Assembly (NCBI GenBank): GCA_964187785.1
Contig: OZ076409.1
Span: 64,232,001-64,296,000 of the forward strand
From: Amphiscolops sp. MND2022
Taxonomy: Eukaryota
Direction: 5' to 3'
DNA length: 64,000 nucleotides
Position 1 is the stretch's first letter. Each line of letters begins with the position of its first letter. The position numbers and the translations under genes are program-made. Positions 21,480 through 35,276 of this stretch are shown here, piece by piece. The notes under the pieces were generated by a model that made no database searches, was not told the origin of the DNA, and saw only the letters and a list, made by a program, of their open reading frames with translations.

Positions 21480-24400
21480 CAACATGAAGAACAAGACGCT
21501 ATGGACTCTACCATTGAACCCAATGTATCCGATTAGATGGATACAAACCAAACAGGAGTCGTGGAAATAATGGAGAAAAACAAATAAACAAATACAAAAC
21601 ACCGATCCTTTCAGGCAGAGAAACGGATTTGAGAAAAAAAGCCCAAGGATGTGGTGGGAGCAAATCTCAGAGTACATCGATAACACATATCAGAAAAATT
21701 TAGACGAACTGATGATCTGGGAACAGCCACTCTGGACGCACCCACAACACATCATATCAAAGGCGATGTCATTGGGGCACTCGACCCAAAGGCGAAACAC
21801 GAAATAATGAGAGGCAAATGGGGAAAAGAATTGAAAGACATCAGTTCTCAGGAATTGTTAAAATTATTCAAAAAGACTTTTCTACCCACAAGAAATGTAC
21901 CACAGCAGAGTCGTTTTTTTCAAAATCAAACAAGAAGATAATGAGGTATTACATGAATATTGGAAACGACTTGCGGATATTGAAAAAAAATGCGAAACCA
22001 ATAGAATAACACCCGAAGATACTATCACTCACAAATTCGCGGCAAACATAAATGACAAGAAGGCCCAAGAACAATCTTATCAAGGGCTCATTAGAGCAGC
22101 AATTGATGCTTGAAACTATCCAACTAGACAACTAACACTGGAATTACGGAAATAAAAAGTCCAAACAAAAGAAACCGAGAAGACCGTCATCAGACAGTTC
22201 ATCAAACGGGGAACAAATCTTTTACACCAAACAGGCATGGAAAAAGAGAACTAATGATACCGACAAGAGGAAACAGTTAAACCACAGCTTTTGCGGGAAA
22301 TCATACTTGACACTGGAACATTCATGCCCGACACGGAAAGCTCAATGCAACAATTGCAAGAGAACGGGACATTTTGCCAGAGTCTGCCGATCCAAGACTG
22401 TAATTCACTTACGGGAAGGAAATGAAGCGGGCAGTAACACCGACACATGGCCAAAAATAGATCACATTCAATTCTTCAAAGGTGTGAGTTGAGTAGATTT
22501 TTACAAAGCAATCTTATTGGTCAAGGGAAAGCCAATAAAAGTCATTATCGATACAGACTCTCCAGTAACGAAAATCCCACCGATATTAATTCCGAAGGAC
22601 CTAAATGCCGAAGGACCTAAATTCCAAAGAGACCGCCTAATGCTTTGTGTATATAAACAAAAACCCTACAAATTTTAAAGAAGAAATCATGGTGGAAGTA
22701 AAAGCCAAAAAAGCAAAGAGTTATTACCAATATTTATTACAGAAAACAAAAACACGCAGCCATTGTTGGGACTGAACAGGTTCGATAAAGCGGGAATTGG
22801 GCTGCAAGGAAGCCAAAACACGAACTTTATCCGAAATGAAAAGTTGGTGAAAGACAAGAGAAGATTCTCTCCGACAACGGAAATTTGTTCAAAAAGAACC
22901 ACACAATAAAAGACCTGACAATAGACATCCAATTGAAAAAAGACGCAAAGCCTATACAACAAAAGGGGAGACCAGTCTCTATTAATTCCCAAAAATATTG
23001 TACGGGAAGTGTTGGAGAATTGATCGAGAAGGGACATCTGGAAAAAGCGGACAGGACAACCGAAAAGTGTTTTGCATCCCCCGCCGTAATACCTATAAAA
23101 AGGATAAATCCGTTAAATTAGCATTAGACTCCCAGAGACTAAATGAGGCTTGCATCAAAAGGAAAGCGACAATGCTAAATATGGAAGAACTATTTAGCAA
23201 AAATTCGGCTAAAACAACAACGAGCGAAGGCGAAATATGGATGTCAAAAATTGACTTTGATTATGTTTACGGACAGGTGAAGCTGTCAAGAGAGGCCTCA
23301 AAGCATTGTGTGTTTTCTATAATTGCGGGTGAGTTAACTGGCCAATACTGTTTCAAGAAGGGTTCTTACGGACTGTCGGATATTCCAACCATCTTCAAGG
23401 GAACACGTCGACAAAGTGTTGAAATTCAGAACACCAGTCTGGCCGAATGATATCATCTGTGTGACGACCGGAACCATCGAATACCATGAACTGGAACTGT
23501 GGGAAATCATATCCAAGTTGCAAGAAGCCGTCTACGGTGCAAGCCAGAAAAAAAAACTAAACTATTCAAAAGTGAACTCACATGGCTCGGCTACTACATT
23601 GATTGGAGCGGGTAAATCCGATAACAGACAAAACAGAAGTTTTTACAAAATTGAACGCTCCCAACAGCACGAAAGAATTAGAATCATTCTTGGGATCAAT
23701 TCAACACTTGTCAAAGTTCATAAAAAAATCTTGCAAGCAAGACTGACAGAAGGACAATACTGTTGAAGAAAAGTAGTAAATGGAATTGGACGCCGGCAAT
23801 CGAAAGTTTCGATCTCCTGAAGGGAGACATCACCGAAGCACCGTGTCTGGCACACTTTGAGCCGAAAAAAGACAATTGCTTTACGACGGCTGTTTGCAAC
23901 ACGTGATTGGGTGCAACACTATGGCAAACAAATTGAGATGTTCAGACCCATTGCTTTTGCCAGCAGAGTTTTAACGAATTGCGAAAGAAAATACGCCATA
24001 ATTGAATTTGACATGTTGGGTGCGTTGTGGGACCTTGAACATTTTATATATTACGTGTACGGAAAGACAGTTAAATTATCAACCTACCATCACGTCCTTC
24101 AACCTCTACTTAAACTTAATAGGGCACAACAAAAAATAGCGCGAGACTGACGCATTGGTTAGACCGTTTAGGCCATTTTGACGTAAACGTACAGTACAGT
24201 ACAGTACACGGCCGGAAAGAATATACTGCTGACGACTATCTAAGTTGCCACCCAATCACACCCGATGACAAACCCGAAGTAGAACGCAAAACCGACGAAG
24301 AAGATGAGATAATGCCGAAGAGGAGTTCGTAAATCAAGTATGTGGGATGTTTAATATAATTCCGCAAACGGAAGCATCTTGCGGTACATCGAACAATCGG

Positions 24401-26837
24401 TGTCGTCACGGAAAATGGACCAATCAGAGCACGGCATATATACGCATGAACAAAACGGAACAAACCATTCGCTCAAAACAACTACTCTGTAAAGCAGTGT
24501 TAACCTAATTGAAGCCAAACAACTTACAGCTCGAATTACCATCTAAATCCAAAATGGATAAAATCAACGGAATTGATATGGAAGTTATCTTCAAAAAACG
24601 TGGTCATCCCACAGAAACAGATAGACTGCTTAAAGAGAGAAACCGCATACTACAGCCCCAACGAACAAGATTGTCGGCAAGGGACAAGAAAATGAACGCG
24701 TTCAGGACGACAGACCAACCCAATAGGACAGCAAGCACATCGAGAAAAGAAATATCCTCATTCACAATAGGTTCGTCCACTGTTGTGAAAAAACTTGAAC
24801 AAAGCCATTTTAAGTGTTCCAAGAGAATAACAAAGAGTCCTGAATAAACAAAACCTCAGATGGGGAGAGCCAAGCCAGCCACGATAAAAAGGAAAATGCC
24901 CGTAAATGAGAGTATCAACCTTATCAGGCTGAAACAGACAGCGAAGCTAAACCAGCATGATGAGGCAAACAATGAGAAAACCATAGAGGCAATCAAAAAG
25001 GCCGAAAAAGACATCGCAATGGATTTGCTTCTAGTAGACGAGATGATCAGGGACGTGAAACTACTAAACGTCATTTCAGCAATCGAGACCGACTGTCTAG
25101 AGAAGGTTTTCTATCTTTACCGTCAGCACAGAGAGCACCTTACCCTTACCACGAGGTTCGGACTACTATTTTGTAATGATAAAATCGTTATCCCTGAGGC
25201 GATGAGGACGTCCATTATTGCAATGCTACATCAAGGTCACGTAGCTCTAACGAAGATGGACAAGTCAGCCGAAGCGTTCTGCAGGCCGGGATTACATCGC
25301 GAAATAATGGAAAAATCTGAAAACTGTCCCAGCTGTGGAGCCGCAGGTAAGAACCTTAAAACACAAATACCGCAAACAGAAGTAAATGGGCTAGAACTTT
25401 TAACCGTACCAAACCAAGAAATTCAATTGGATTTCGCCGGTGCAATCAAATCTAAAACCCACGGAAACATGTATTTTAGTAGCAATCGACCATTTTGATA
25501 AATGGGCGACCGCATAATTTTGTAAAACTACGGACACACGGACCGTAAAATAGTTTTCAATCTAGTTTTGTTCGGACAACGGAACACCACGGAAAATTCG
25601 TACCGACAACGGTAGCTGTTTTAAAAGTAAATAGTCCGAAGAGTTTTGCGGCGTTGAAAATAAAAAGCGAATCCGGAGTACACCAAATCTTCACACTCGC
25701 ACCGGATTGGTGGAAAGAACAATACGGACAATTAGGTCGTTAACAAGAGCTAATTTAGAAGACGGCTTGACATTTGAAGAGAGAAAACAATTAGACAGAC
25801 GCCGCACAACACGCTGAATATGACACTTTTCCAAATGGATATAGGACAAAAGCCGCGTACAGCTGTTTCTAATCTGATTGGCCAACCCGTCTGTCTCTTG
25901 TTCAATTGGAAGAAAACGTTGACAAAACTTATGTAGCACAACCCACAGAGCTACAAGTCTTTGCAACAAATGACTCAGATGGAGAATTGGCGGACTATCT
26001 GGACTATTGGCGACTATACAAGAAAGAGAGCCCGATCGGTAAGCCAAGACTTTAAAGAATATAAATTTTACGAAAAAGAGACAAAACTCAATGCCATGGA
26101 ACGTAGGTCTAAAACAGACAAAATCCAGAGGGTTGTAAAAGAAACGAACCACACCATAACGACGGCTGAGGGAAGGGTAATACATGAAAAATTAGTTTCT
26201 AACCCCATAAATTGCAGCCCTTAAAGGGGACCTATGAGGCCAGGAAACCCACACACCGGTGCCGCAGATGCGGAAGATATAGAAACGATGACTTCTGCGA
26301 CACACACAGGAGACTGATGCATGAAAACGGTGCTGATGTCGGCACAAGCCACACGTTTTCAGCAATCCCGATAAACAGGTCCGAAGACCCGTTACAGAAA
26401 ATTGTGATTGCCCAGGTCCAACACACGCACAAGAACGAACACCCGGTGACCGAAGAGAGGGCACTCGGGGAAATGGATACCGTGAGACACGATATTTTCA
26501 TGCCGGCCGTGGAGCCTACACTCCCCGGAGAGAAGGAGACAACGGTCGCAGATAAAAACATAAACGAGCGGACTTCGATGTCATTGTCACCAGCTGGGTG
26601 CTGCAATGGACATGCCACACCGAAAAATGCACGCGACGTTACAGCCACACCCGCAGGTCTATCGGAAGAATAACCGACGAAGAAGGTAGGATAAATTTGG
26701 GGCTCGGGAAGATAGCAACAAAAAACACCGTAAGATGTGAAGAAGCAAATAAAATCCGCAGATCCGATAGAATTAGAACTGCCAAAACGGGTAGAAAAAA
26801 TAGGCGGGTTGGAATATTTCTAATAGACGACGTTTAG
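21480..26837 (+). pseudogene. E4 gag-pol remnants
   Basis: Zinc knuckle CNNCKRTGHFARVC; PR IIDTDSP; RT SKIDFDYVY and WPNDII; RH PIAFASRVLTNCERKY; IN LHQGH..CPSC and QLDFAG. Many stops and frameshifts. Confidence 0.9.
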
Positions 26838-26965
26838 GGAACGCAGCCAGAACAGTGGGAAAGTTCTGGGCACACCCGCAGCAACTTTGCTAGTAAATCC
26901 GGACTGAGCCCACCAAAAACGCCCGGAAAGCAGGATTGGTTCCCTTGACACATGAAGGGGGGGAA

Positions 26966-27163
26966 TGTGGTATAGCCTACGTTTTTAGAAGGCCAGCTAG
27001 AAGACATGAAAGTACCTACCTAGAACGAAGATCTTAAACATTTTCATTTTACGTAAGTGCCACCATTGATTTCAGTTTAAATATTCTGTTGTTATGATTT
27101 GATGTAACTGATTCCTAATCTAAAGAACTTTTAGGAACTTCTCGTTTCTATTAGTCCATTACA
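26966..27163 (+). repeat. E4 3' LTR
   Basis: Preceded by the PPT and aligns with the 5' LTR. Confidence 0.88.
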
Positions 27164-28762
27164 GTGTGAGCGTCCATCATTCAGTGTGAGCACTCACAAA
27201 GAAAAGCAACCAGAGCCGCATGTTTAGTAAAGGAGCCGGAGTAGGACTTCTTTTGACTCGTTGCTCGAATCCCAGTCATACCTTTTTGATAAAATAGCAC
27301 ACATTAATCTCATACGTGGTGTAGAAAGGTTCCATAAAAGTTTTTTCATGGCGTAAAGAGTTTTTGAGTAAATCAAAAGATGTCAATATTGGCCATTTTT
27401 TGGTCACTTTTGGATTAATTTTGGCTTTGTTTCTCCGATCCCAGTCAAACATTTTTGATGCCATTGCACACATAGGACCATAATGTGGTATAGAATGACT
27501 TTAGTAAAATTGATTCGATATCTTCTTGTTTGTTGTATTTTCTGGAAGTAATTTTCTTGATCATGGGATTTTTTTGTTGGTGTTGCGTGGGCTCATAGTT
27601 ACGCCTTGAGTCTCTAAGATATATGATGTTACACATAGAAATTGAAGCGCCCTTTCTCTTCAATGCGCGTGGAGTGTTTTTGACGATCATAATGAAACAG
27701 AAAAAAAGTGCTGGAAAAATTGTATTGAGAAATGAATGATGCTCTGATATTTATCATCAGCAGAGACTTAGTGTTTATTGAGAAGATCTATCTGAGTCGT
27801 TGCAAACGTCAAAATTGATTTGGGGCAAGTTTTCGAAGTTGGGATGTATTCCCGATGGCAACAGATATCGCTGCCAAACAGTAACTCATGGGTCGTCCCT
27901 GGCATTGTGATTAGAATCCACTTTATTGTTGCCAGATATAAATTGTCAGAAAACTCGTAACCGTAGAAGTAGTCCGGAGAAACGCATAAAAACTCCAGAA
28001 AACATCTCTTGAAAATGTTTTTTTGTGATAAAAAGTTCATCGCTCGATCTCTAAAATTCACTTTACGAAGTGTTGAGATTTTTGCTCTTGACTCGAGAGT
28101 AGGTATTGTAGCAGGAGGAAAAAGATCCCAAAAGAGGAAAATCCAGGCTATGTTGGTGATCTGATTCTTTTAACGTACCCTAGTTGAATCAGTTTTTCAT
28201 GCCGCTTTTATGCATACAAAGGTATTTTTTCTACAAAACATGGAAAATGGAAAATCCCGAGAGCGTGCTTGGGCCAACTTTGTCGCATTACATTGCAGCT
28301 TTCACTATTTCAATCAAAATTGAAAATTTGCTGGGTAACCTGCAACATTTCGGTAAAATATGTTCTTGTAGATTCAACTAGGGTACGCACTCTTGCTTTC
28401 TTGCTGTCTCCACTGACTTGAACACCATTTATATTTGAAGTGTAAAAGAAGTATAAATTTTAATAATTCTAAGTCCTATTTTTTATTAAAAACAAACTCG
28501 TGAGCAGCCGAAGTTAAGAACAAGATGGTAAAGAGTCAATAAAGTTTTGTGACTTTCGCTGGTAAATTGTGAACAAGCTGTGCACGAAGTCGGTTTCCGC
28601 ACAAAGAGTGTAGCCTTGATTCTCATTTTTGATTTTTTAAAGAACGATTCTTTCAGGAGCAAGTCAACTATTGTTCACTTTCAAACGTGACAACAGTTTA
28701 CTTCGGAACGTTTTCTTTTGAAAAGCTACGTAATACTTGATGTCAATTTTTTTACGTGTATA

Positions 28763-29271
28763 TACTAAGGGACAAAAGTAATTTCCCTCCTAACGTTTTT
28801 TTTATTGTAAAGTCAACAGAATAACAGGAAAATAGATTTTATTTAATCAAAGTTGCTCCGCCGTTGGAAATGGTCCACTGTAGGATCTACTATTCCGGAT
28901 GTCATTCTTTTTCAGAACTCTGATAATTGTTTTTGCCGATATACTGAACTCGTGACTCACTTCTACCGGAGTCTTTAACTTATTTGTCCTGAACCCCCGA
29001 ACTAAAACTCGTTCTGATCTCCCACTGATGGCTTTAGGTCGACCACACATTGAAGATCGTCTTCCACGAGCAGCAAAATCGTATCTGTTGAGCCCAAATC
29101 AATCCGGCCGACAATTTCCATCTTTCAGTAAGTGTTAGTTTTGGCAATCGAGTTACAGTGCTCAACTGTTTGGTAACGGTTTGGCAAAAAATGAACAAAA
29201 CGTGTCAAAATTTCTGTTTCCAATATCCGTTTCACCAAAATTCGAAATCTGGTTACTTTGGTCCCTTAGTA
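28763..29271 (-). mobile_element. Internally deleted Tc1/mariner element
   Basis: 19-bp TIRs TACTAAGGGAC(A/C)AAAGTAA with 1 mismatch, TA on both sides. Minus-strand ORF 28847-29050 (GRPKAISGRSERVLVR..SAKTIIRVL) resembles the Tc1 helix-turn-helix region. Confidence 0.85.
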
Positions 29272-29567
29272 TAAATCATCGAGGTTGGTTTGCAAAAACT
29301 TCTTGTTCTCTTTCTGTGCAACAATTTCAACTTATGCTATCTTTTTGCAAGTGGTCGCTATTGAACGAATTAAAGCAGATCATTAGATCAAGAAAAGGTT
29401 TTGAAACTTAGACAATATAATAATACGACTTCTAAAACCAGAGTCGTAAAGAGATCTTTTGGAGCTTTTGAAAACATTCGAGAAAACGTTTACATTAGCC
29501 ACAATACGAAATGCTTGTCAAAGCGTTTTTCTCAATCAGCTCTTGCAGGTTTTCAACTATTTACAAG

Positions 29568-29765
29568 ATGACTGAAACGCCGAATGAGTGCAGTTGGAAG
29601 AATAAGCTATTGATCCTGTGTGTCCTTGCCATCCAAACTACTCTCCATACACTCACCGTTCGTTACACTCGGGTCAGAGTTGGTCAACCTTATCTCAGCA
29701 GTACAGTGGTCACCTTATGCGAAATCGGCAAACTCATAGCTAGCTTCCACGTTGTACTTTTCAGT
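29568..29765 (+). CDS. Host SLC35A-family nucleotide-sugar transporter, first coding exon
   Basis: KLLILCVLAIQTTLHTLTVRYTR..YLSSTVVTLCEIGKL matches the SLC35A N-terminal pattern. Phase-0 donor GTTAGT at 29766. Confidence 0.85.
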
Positions 29766-30421
29766 GTTAGTACCCCCTAGTGGAAATTACAGGAACTTTT
29801 TATATGCAGCATACAGGCTAATCTTTTATAAAAAACACAAATTCCGGGTACCCTGCATGACAATTTTTTTGTAAAACTTCCATGCAGCTGGGAAAGTTCC
29901 GGTAGCATTTCACTATGATTTTTAAGAACGTAACACTGTCTTGCTCGTCATGAGTTTCCATTTACACAAAAGGCAGAATTTCCTTAACAGCAATTTTTTC
30001 TATTAGTTTCCTGATTGTGACAAAAACAATAGGTCATCTGTAAACGATTAATCACGTGACTTCTGTGTTGATCAAAAACGCATCATTGATTTGATATTCC
30101 GAAACAATGGACAAAGCATCAATGAATTTTTTGAAAAACCCTCAATTTCACACCGAAAAAAAACCAAAGAGGGGCTTAACCAAAGCTTTTCTGCTTCTTT
30201 TCTAACCAAAAACACCAAAAACTAAAGCGAGAACCCTTTTGTGAAAAGAATATCTCCTCAAAAAAGTAGCTCCTTCCTGAAAAATGGCTCATGGCTTTTG
30301 CACACCGAAGATGTAGATACAAAAAATGAATATTTCTGAAATCTTTGCTCACTAACAAACAGTTTCTGACTGCACATGGTTCAAAAAATGTCTGTTTAAA
30401 CATCATGGTCCTTCGTTTCAG

Positions 30422-30580
30422 TGCAACTTCGACTTTTGCGGTTGTTTGGCGCAAGTGAAAAAAGAGTGTTTCTCCAGCTGGGTGGACTTTGGCAAGATGC
30501 TGGTTCCTGCCATTTTGTTCACTGCTCAGAACAACTTGCTTTACTTGAGCTTAAGTAACCTGCCAGTGGCTGTACATCAG
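30422..30580 (+). CDS. Host SLC35A-family transporter, second coding exon
   Basis: Acceptor TTTCAG at 30421; DFGKMLVPAILFTAQNNLLYLSLSNLPVAVHQ matches the family motif; donor GTAGGC at 30581; phase 0 at both ends. Confidence 0.87.
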
Positions 30581-30720
30581 GTAGGCTTCCATTATCTGAT
30601 AAATTTTGACCAAAACAATTCTCATTTGCGGAAGTTAGTGTCCTTTGAATGTAATTCGAATGAATAAAACATTGAATATTTTTCAGTTTTCACATTTTCC
30701 CGAAGCTTGAAAATTGTCTT

Positions 30721-33068
30721 TGTGGTTCATCAACATCCGCAGTAATTTAGTATACGTAAATTTTTACTGAGTACCTGTCATAATATATAGAGATAATGTT
30801 AGTTCACAGTTATTGCCATTCCGTTACGATTCGCCAAAGCAATTGTTACTGTCACTTTCTTTCTATCTGTCAGTTCTAGTCAAAATCGTTAGAATGGCGC
30901 TGCGCGGAATTGAACAAGAAGACTCTTCTTCCTCAAAATTACCAGGTGTACCGTACATTTGGCTAGATGCTGAAAAGCAACCTTCGACTGAATGGGAGCA
31001 ATGAGTGGAGTTATTCAAATTGGCTATGCTTGCTAAAATTTCGATCATCGAGATATATAGAACTCTAACTGAACAAGAATCCCTCATTCCAGCAATGTTG
31101 TGAAACATGACAATAAAGGCAGCGCAAGGAGAAAAGCAGCTTTGTACATGAAAATTTTTTTCTTTGTTCATTAGATTTGAGAAAAAGGTAATGGAAAAAT
31201 ACCCAAACATTAACATCTTTATAATCGGATTGGAGAGCTGTTAGGAAATTGCCGAACGTAATTTGAAATTCGCAGAGATAGGACTCTAGACTGTCGAGGA
31301 AACAGAAATCATGCGAGTCGTTCCATCATTTTTGGAATATATTAAGCGAGCTAGCTGCCAAATGCGATTTCGGCGACCAAACACATAGTTTGGTGTATGA
31401 TATATTCAACTTCAATATGTCTGATGAACAAGTGAAAGGAACATTGTGCACATAGCAATGCATTCGAGGATGGTCTAAAGTCACAAAGGTCCATCGAATA
31501 CCCATGGACATTGTCGTAAGTGAAGGAAGATCCAGTTTTCGCAATAATCACAAGACCAAACAAGAAAGAGTGTTGGACAAGTCGAGCTGGAAATTTCACA
31601 ACAGCCCATCTTAACAACTGGCAAGGACCGGACAAAACATGTAAGTTGAAGAAGAATGGGAAGTCAGCTTTTGAAAGACATAAAAATGAAAAGCCAAACA
31701 CGATAAAAGCTGCAATGATGAACGGACTTGTTTCAGAAAACGATCCTAAGATAGAGCTGGAAGAAGACGTTTTAAGCCCAGATGATGCCCAAAGCGAAGC
31801 TGATGGAAGAATCAAGTCACACAATAACGATTTTACCAAACTGGGGAAGCCCGTTGTGGCTGTCCAAAAGAGGTATGTGGCGGTCAAAAAAATCTGAAGC
31901 AGAAAAACCACGAACCATCAAAATTGGCATAGGTGTCTGACAAAGAGATAGACAGCACTGAACCGGAAAATCTTCAATGCGCCAAATCAGAACATTTTAC
32001 CAATTGCGGGAAATTTGTCAGAGGATTCAGAGGTTGCAAGTGACCTAAAATTGTAAAAGAGAAAAACAAGAAGAGAAAGTGCCATCTCCAAGAAAAGGAG
32101 GAAAGACACGATCGTGCCGAACAGTGAAAAAACCAAAGTGAATCGGCCACAAAATCATGGTGTCTGCAATGAAAAAAGTAGAAGAAAAGTGTGAATTGAA
32201 AACAAGACGGGAACGTCTAAAGTCGGCGCTATATCTAAGGCTCAAAAAGCGCAAAAGGCTTTTTTTTTGAAAAAAACTTGAAATTTTTGAATTTTTTTCT
32301 TTCAGAAAATGTCACATAGTGCCGGAAAATGTAAAAGGGGGGCCCTTTGGGCTTTATTAGCATATGCTCTGTTGCAAAATATCAAAAAACTCGAAAGGGG
32401 GACTCTTTTGAGACATTAATAAATTTTCGAAAAAAAAGTCGGACAATGCCAAAAATAAATCGAAAGGGGGGGGGACCCTTTAGTCTTGTCCGGTTTTGTA
32501 GGTTACGTTAAATAGTAAAAAATGAAAGAGGGACCCTTTTGCACTAATTTCCCCTGACCGGACTTGGCCTTATGGCAGTAGTTTTAGTAGTTTCGATTTT
32601 AAGAAAAGTGGCTCAATCAGAGTGAGATTGTAGTCTGACGAAAAAAAAAGAAAAAAAACTAGCCACTGTAAGTGTCGGGCACTTTTCCCTAGAAAAGCGC
32701 CGACTAAAAACAGCTGGAGTCAAACGTTTAGTTTCTTGAACTTTAAAAAATTGAAGTCATTCAATTGTGTGATGTTATCCACGTCTTGTTGTTATGTTAA
32801 TGTTAGCCACGATTTGTATTACTAGTAACCGAGTACCTATCTCAATTTGTATCCTAATGATCTCTAAAATATTATGATAAAAAGGGGAATGTGGTAATTA
32901 TGTAACTTCGTCATCATCCACAGTAAATTAGTCCACGTAAATATTTACTAATTACCTGTTTTAATACATCGCGAGGAAAAGAGTTCACAGTTATTGCCAT
33001 TCCGTTACGATTCGCCAATACAGTTGTCATTTCCACTTTCTTTCTTTCTGTCAGTTCTAGTGAAAATC
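30721..33068 (+). mobile_element. E5: small internally deleted LTR element in the SLC35A intron
   Basis: Diverged LTRs at about 30721-30893 and 32890-33068 share GTTCACAGTTATTGCCATTCCGTTACGATTCGCCAA. PBS-like TGGCGCTG at about 30895, PPT AAAGGGGAA at 32881, gag and PR remnants. Ends are approximate. Confidence 0.75.
32260..32710 (+). mobile_element. Non-coding insertion inside E5 ending in a hairpin (possibly Helitron-like)
   Basis: A/T- and G-run-rich block unlike its flanks. It ends in the imperfect stem GTCGGGCACTTTTC..GAAAAGCGCCGAC followed by TAAAAA. Boundaries are guessed. Confidence 0.35.
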
Positions 33069-33512
33069 TTGAAGAGTGTTCGTATGTTTACTGGCAAGTA
33101 AATGACCCAAAGATAGAAAACTTTAGCAGATCTGAAACCTAGTTCATGCACATCAAAACAGAAACTCAAAATATATGATAAAAGTTGCCCGTTAAAAACT
33201 CAAGATCATAAGGCTGATTGTACATCCAAAAATTTATCAAAAAAGTGGTATCAATCAATTTGAAATAAACAAACAGAAACAATCGTCGTCGGCCATGCTG
33301 GTACCAGCCGCCTCCTGCCTCCAGCTTCGGGATCGAACCAAAATGCCACCTTCTAACTAAATTCCCGAATTTGGCCAGCATTGAACCCTCGATATTTTCA
33401 TCTACTGAGCCAGGTGCTCTTTGATTTAAACTTCAAACCCGTAAAACCTTCAGACTTTTGTCAATTTCCTGTAATTCGAAAACCTCACAAAGCCAAAAGT
33501 TTTTCGAAGGGA

Positions 33513-33568
33513 CGACCCGACCCGACCCGACCCGACCCGACCCGACCCGAGCCGACCCGACCCGGCCC
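33513..33568. repeat. (CGACC)n pentanucleotide microsatellite, about 11 units
   Basis: Read directly from the sequence. Confidence 0.95.
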
Positions 33569-33753
33569 TTTGGTCTTACAAGACTTATACTTGAGCTGAC
33601 AACATCAGGAAAATCATCGCGAATCTTCTTTGTGGTGTGAAAAAAAAATAAAAAAAGTTGCACGATCCTGAAAAAAAAGCCGTCCGTTTGGGGCACAAAA
33701 TGTCTTTCTTGGAACCAAAATTTGTTTCTTGAACAATGCACAGTCACTGCCAG

Positions 33754-34037
33754 TGGCTGCTGGTACCATATCTTACTTCGGTAGTATTCCGAAAGGTGCC
33801 AACTTACAAAGGCAGAACTGCTCATTCGGCATCCACCCCGCGGAATTGGGGAAAAATATTTTGTTGTTCAAAAAATCTTTCTTCAATTTGTTTCACCTTT
33901 TTTTAGAGTTTTAGGAGACTATGAGGACCAGAAGGTTCCCCTTTTGCTATTTTCTCGATACGGTATCGAGCAGTTCTGCCTTTGTAAGTTGGCACCTTTC
34001 AGAATACTACCGAAGTAAGACATGGTACCAGCAGCCA
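33754..34037. repeat. 70-bp inverted repeat (33754-33823 and 33968-34037), 144-bp spacer
   Basis: The arms are reverse complements with 2 mismatches. Confidence 0.92.
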
Positions 34038-35276
34038 AGTGGTCAAGCAATGGTCGGCTTGAAGCTGTGGTTTCAAAGTGACTTGCTCAATGTCATAAAG
34101 GCCTGACTGCTCACCGTTACTCTTTGTTTTGCTTTTCTGCACAAAATGAATAATTTTTCTGTCATTGACCATACCACTCAGCTAGGGATGAAGGACTTGC
34201 TCAAGGCCCAACGATGATTAGTTGGGAGAGATTCGTACCTGATACCGTCCCAGTACAGGCCGAATGATCTAACCACTTTGTAATATTCCATCCTGTTTGC
34301 CTCATTCGGAAAATCAAATTTGAAACAAAGTTGTAAGAAAAAAGGTTTGTAAGGCTGAAAAAGTGTATTGAAAGGCTAAAAACAATTGCACACATTTCAA
34401 TTGTCTGAAAAGGATCAAATTCATACAACAAACAACCGAACCATCAATAAAGTTTCCATTTTGTCTTCCAAAAAACAGCACGCACCTCTAAAATGAAACG
34501 GTTTTCCTGTACCTTAAAAAAAACAAGACAACCAAAACAGTGAATTAGGCTGCAGCTTTTTTCAATTGTGCACTATGTTTCAATTGTTTGATGAATTTAT
34601 GAGAACAACATAAGAAAAACATAATCAAAAAGAAAGTGAAATGAGCCTAAGTTTTACTCTTCATAAAGTCATACTTGTACACTACTTTTCACTGATGCAT
34701 TACCGGTTTGAGTAGCAAATGTTATTGCTAATGCCTTTCAAATAGGTCTTCTTGGATCCGTTATTTTAACAAATACAAGCGGAAAATTATGTGAAGTGCT
34801 GTCGTGAAGTTTCAGAGTCTTGTTAGTCGTTTTTGTTAGACGGTCACATTTTTGTGCAAAGTAATTTTTATGGTATCTGGAAAACTTACCTAACTTTAGA
34901 TAACAAGCTGTTAAGGACACACTACATACAGTTAATAATATTGCAATTAAAATTAATTATCGATCGCCCACCACGATCACGTTTCCTTGAAACAGCACTG
35001 AAGTTGATTGTTAGTTTGCATTTCATAGCTTGATTGAAATTACAAAAATTAAAGAAAAGAACTGAACCTTTATTTGTAAGAAATATGTAACTTCAACTGC
35101 ATGTAAACAAAGCTAGCATTTACATGGTGGTTTCTTTCAATCTCTAATTTACCCAAAAATTTAGGGAACTGGAGAGACGAATTGAATATTGATGACAATG
35201 GATTTAAAAAAATTCTGTCGATATTAATATTACAGTCGAGTCCGGATAATTTCACCCGGAGATTGTCTGGGGCACC

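Larger units (their letters stand above)
21273..27163 (+). mobile_element. E4: old degenerate Ty3/Gypsy element with 198-bp LTRs
   Basis: LTRs 21273-21470 and 26966-27163 (TGTGGTAT..TTACA, clearly diverged). PBS TGGCGCAGTC at 21471. PPT AAGGGGGGGAA before 26966. Flanks GTTTGA/GTGTGA are a possible decayed TSD. Confidence 0.92.

Noticed and set aside
27276-28381. Short ORFs and a repeated ATCCCAGTCA..TTTTTGAT motif
   Set aside because: AT-rich and no recognisable product; I cannot distinguish them from decayed repeat or chance.
30687-30720. LKIVF peptide as a candidate SLC35A exon 3
   Set aside because: It needs phase 1 whereas exon 2 ends in phase 0, and the expected YQ and TTA residues are missing.
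33513-33568. Repeat-like arrays as CRISPR or a coding PDPTR repeat
   Set aside because: Simple 5-bp microsatellite with no spacers, in a eukaryotic context.
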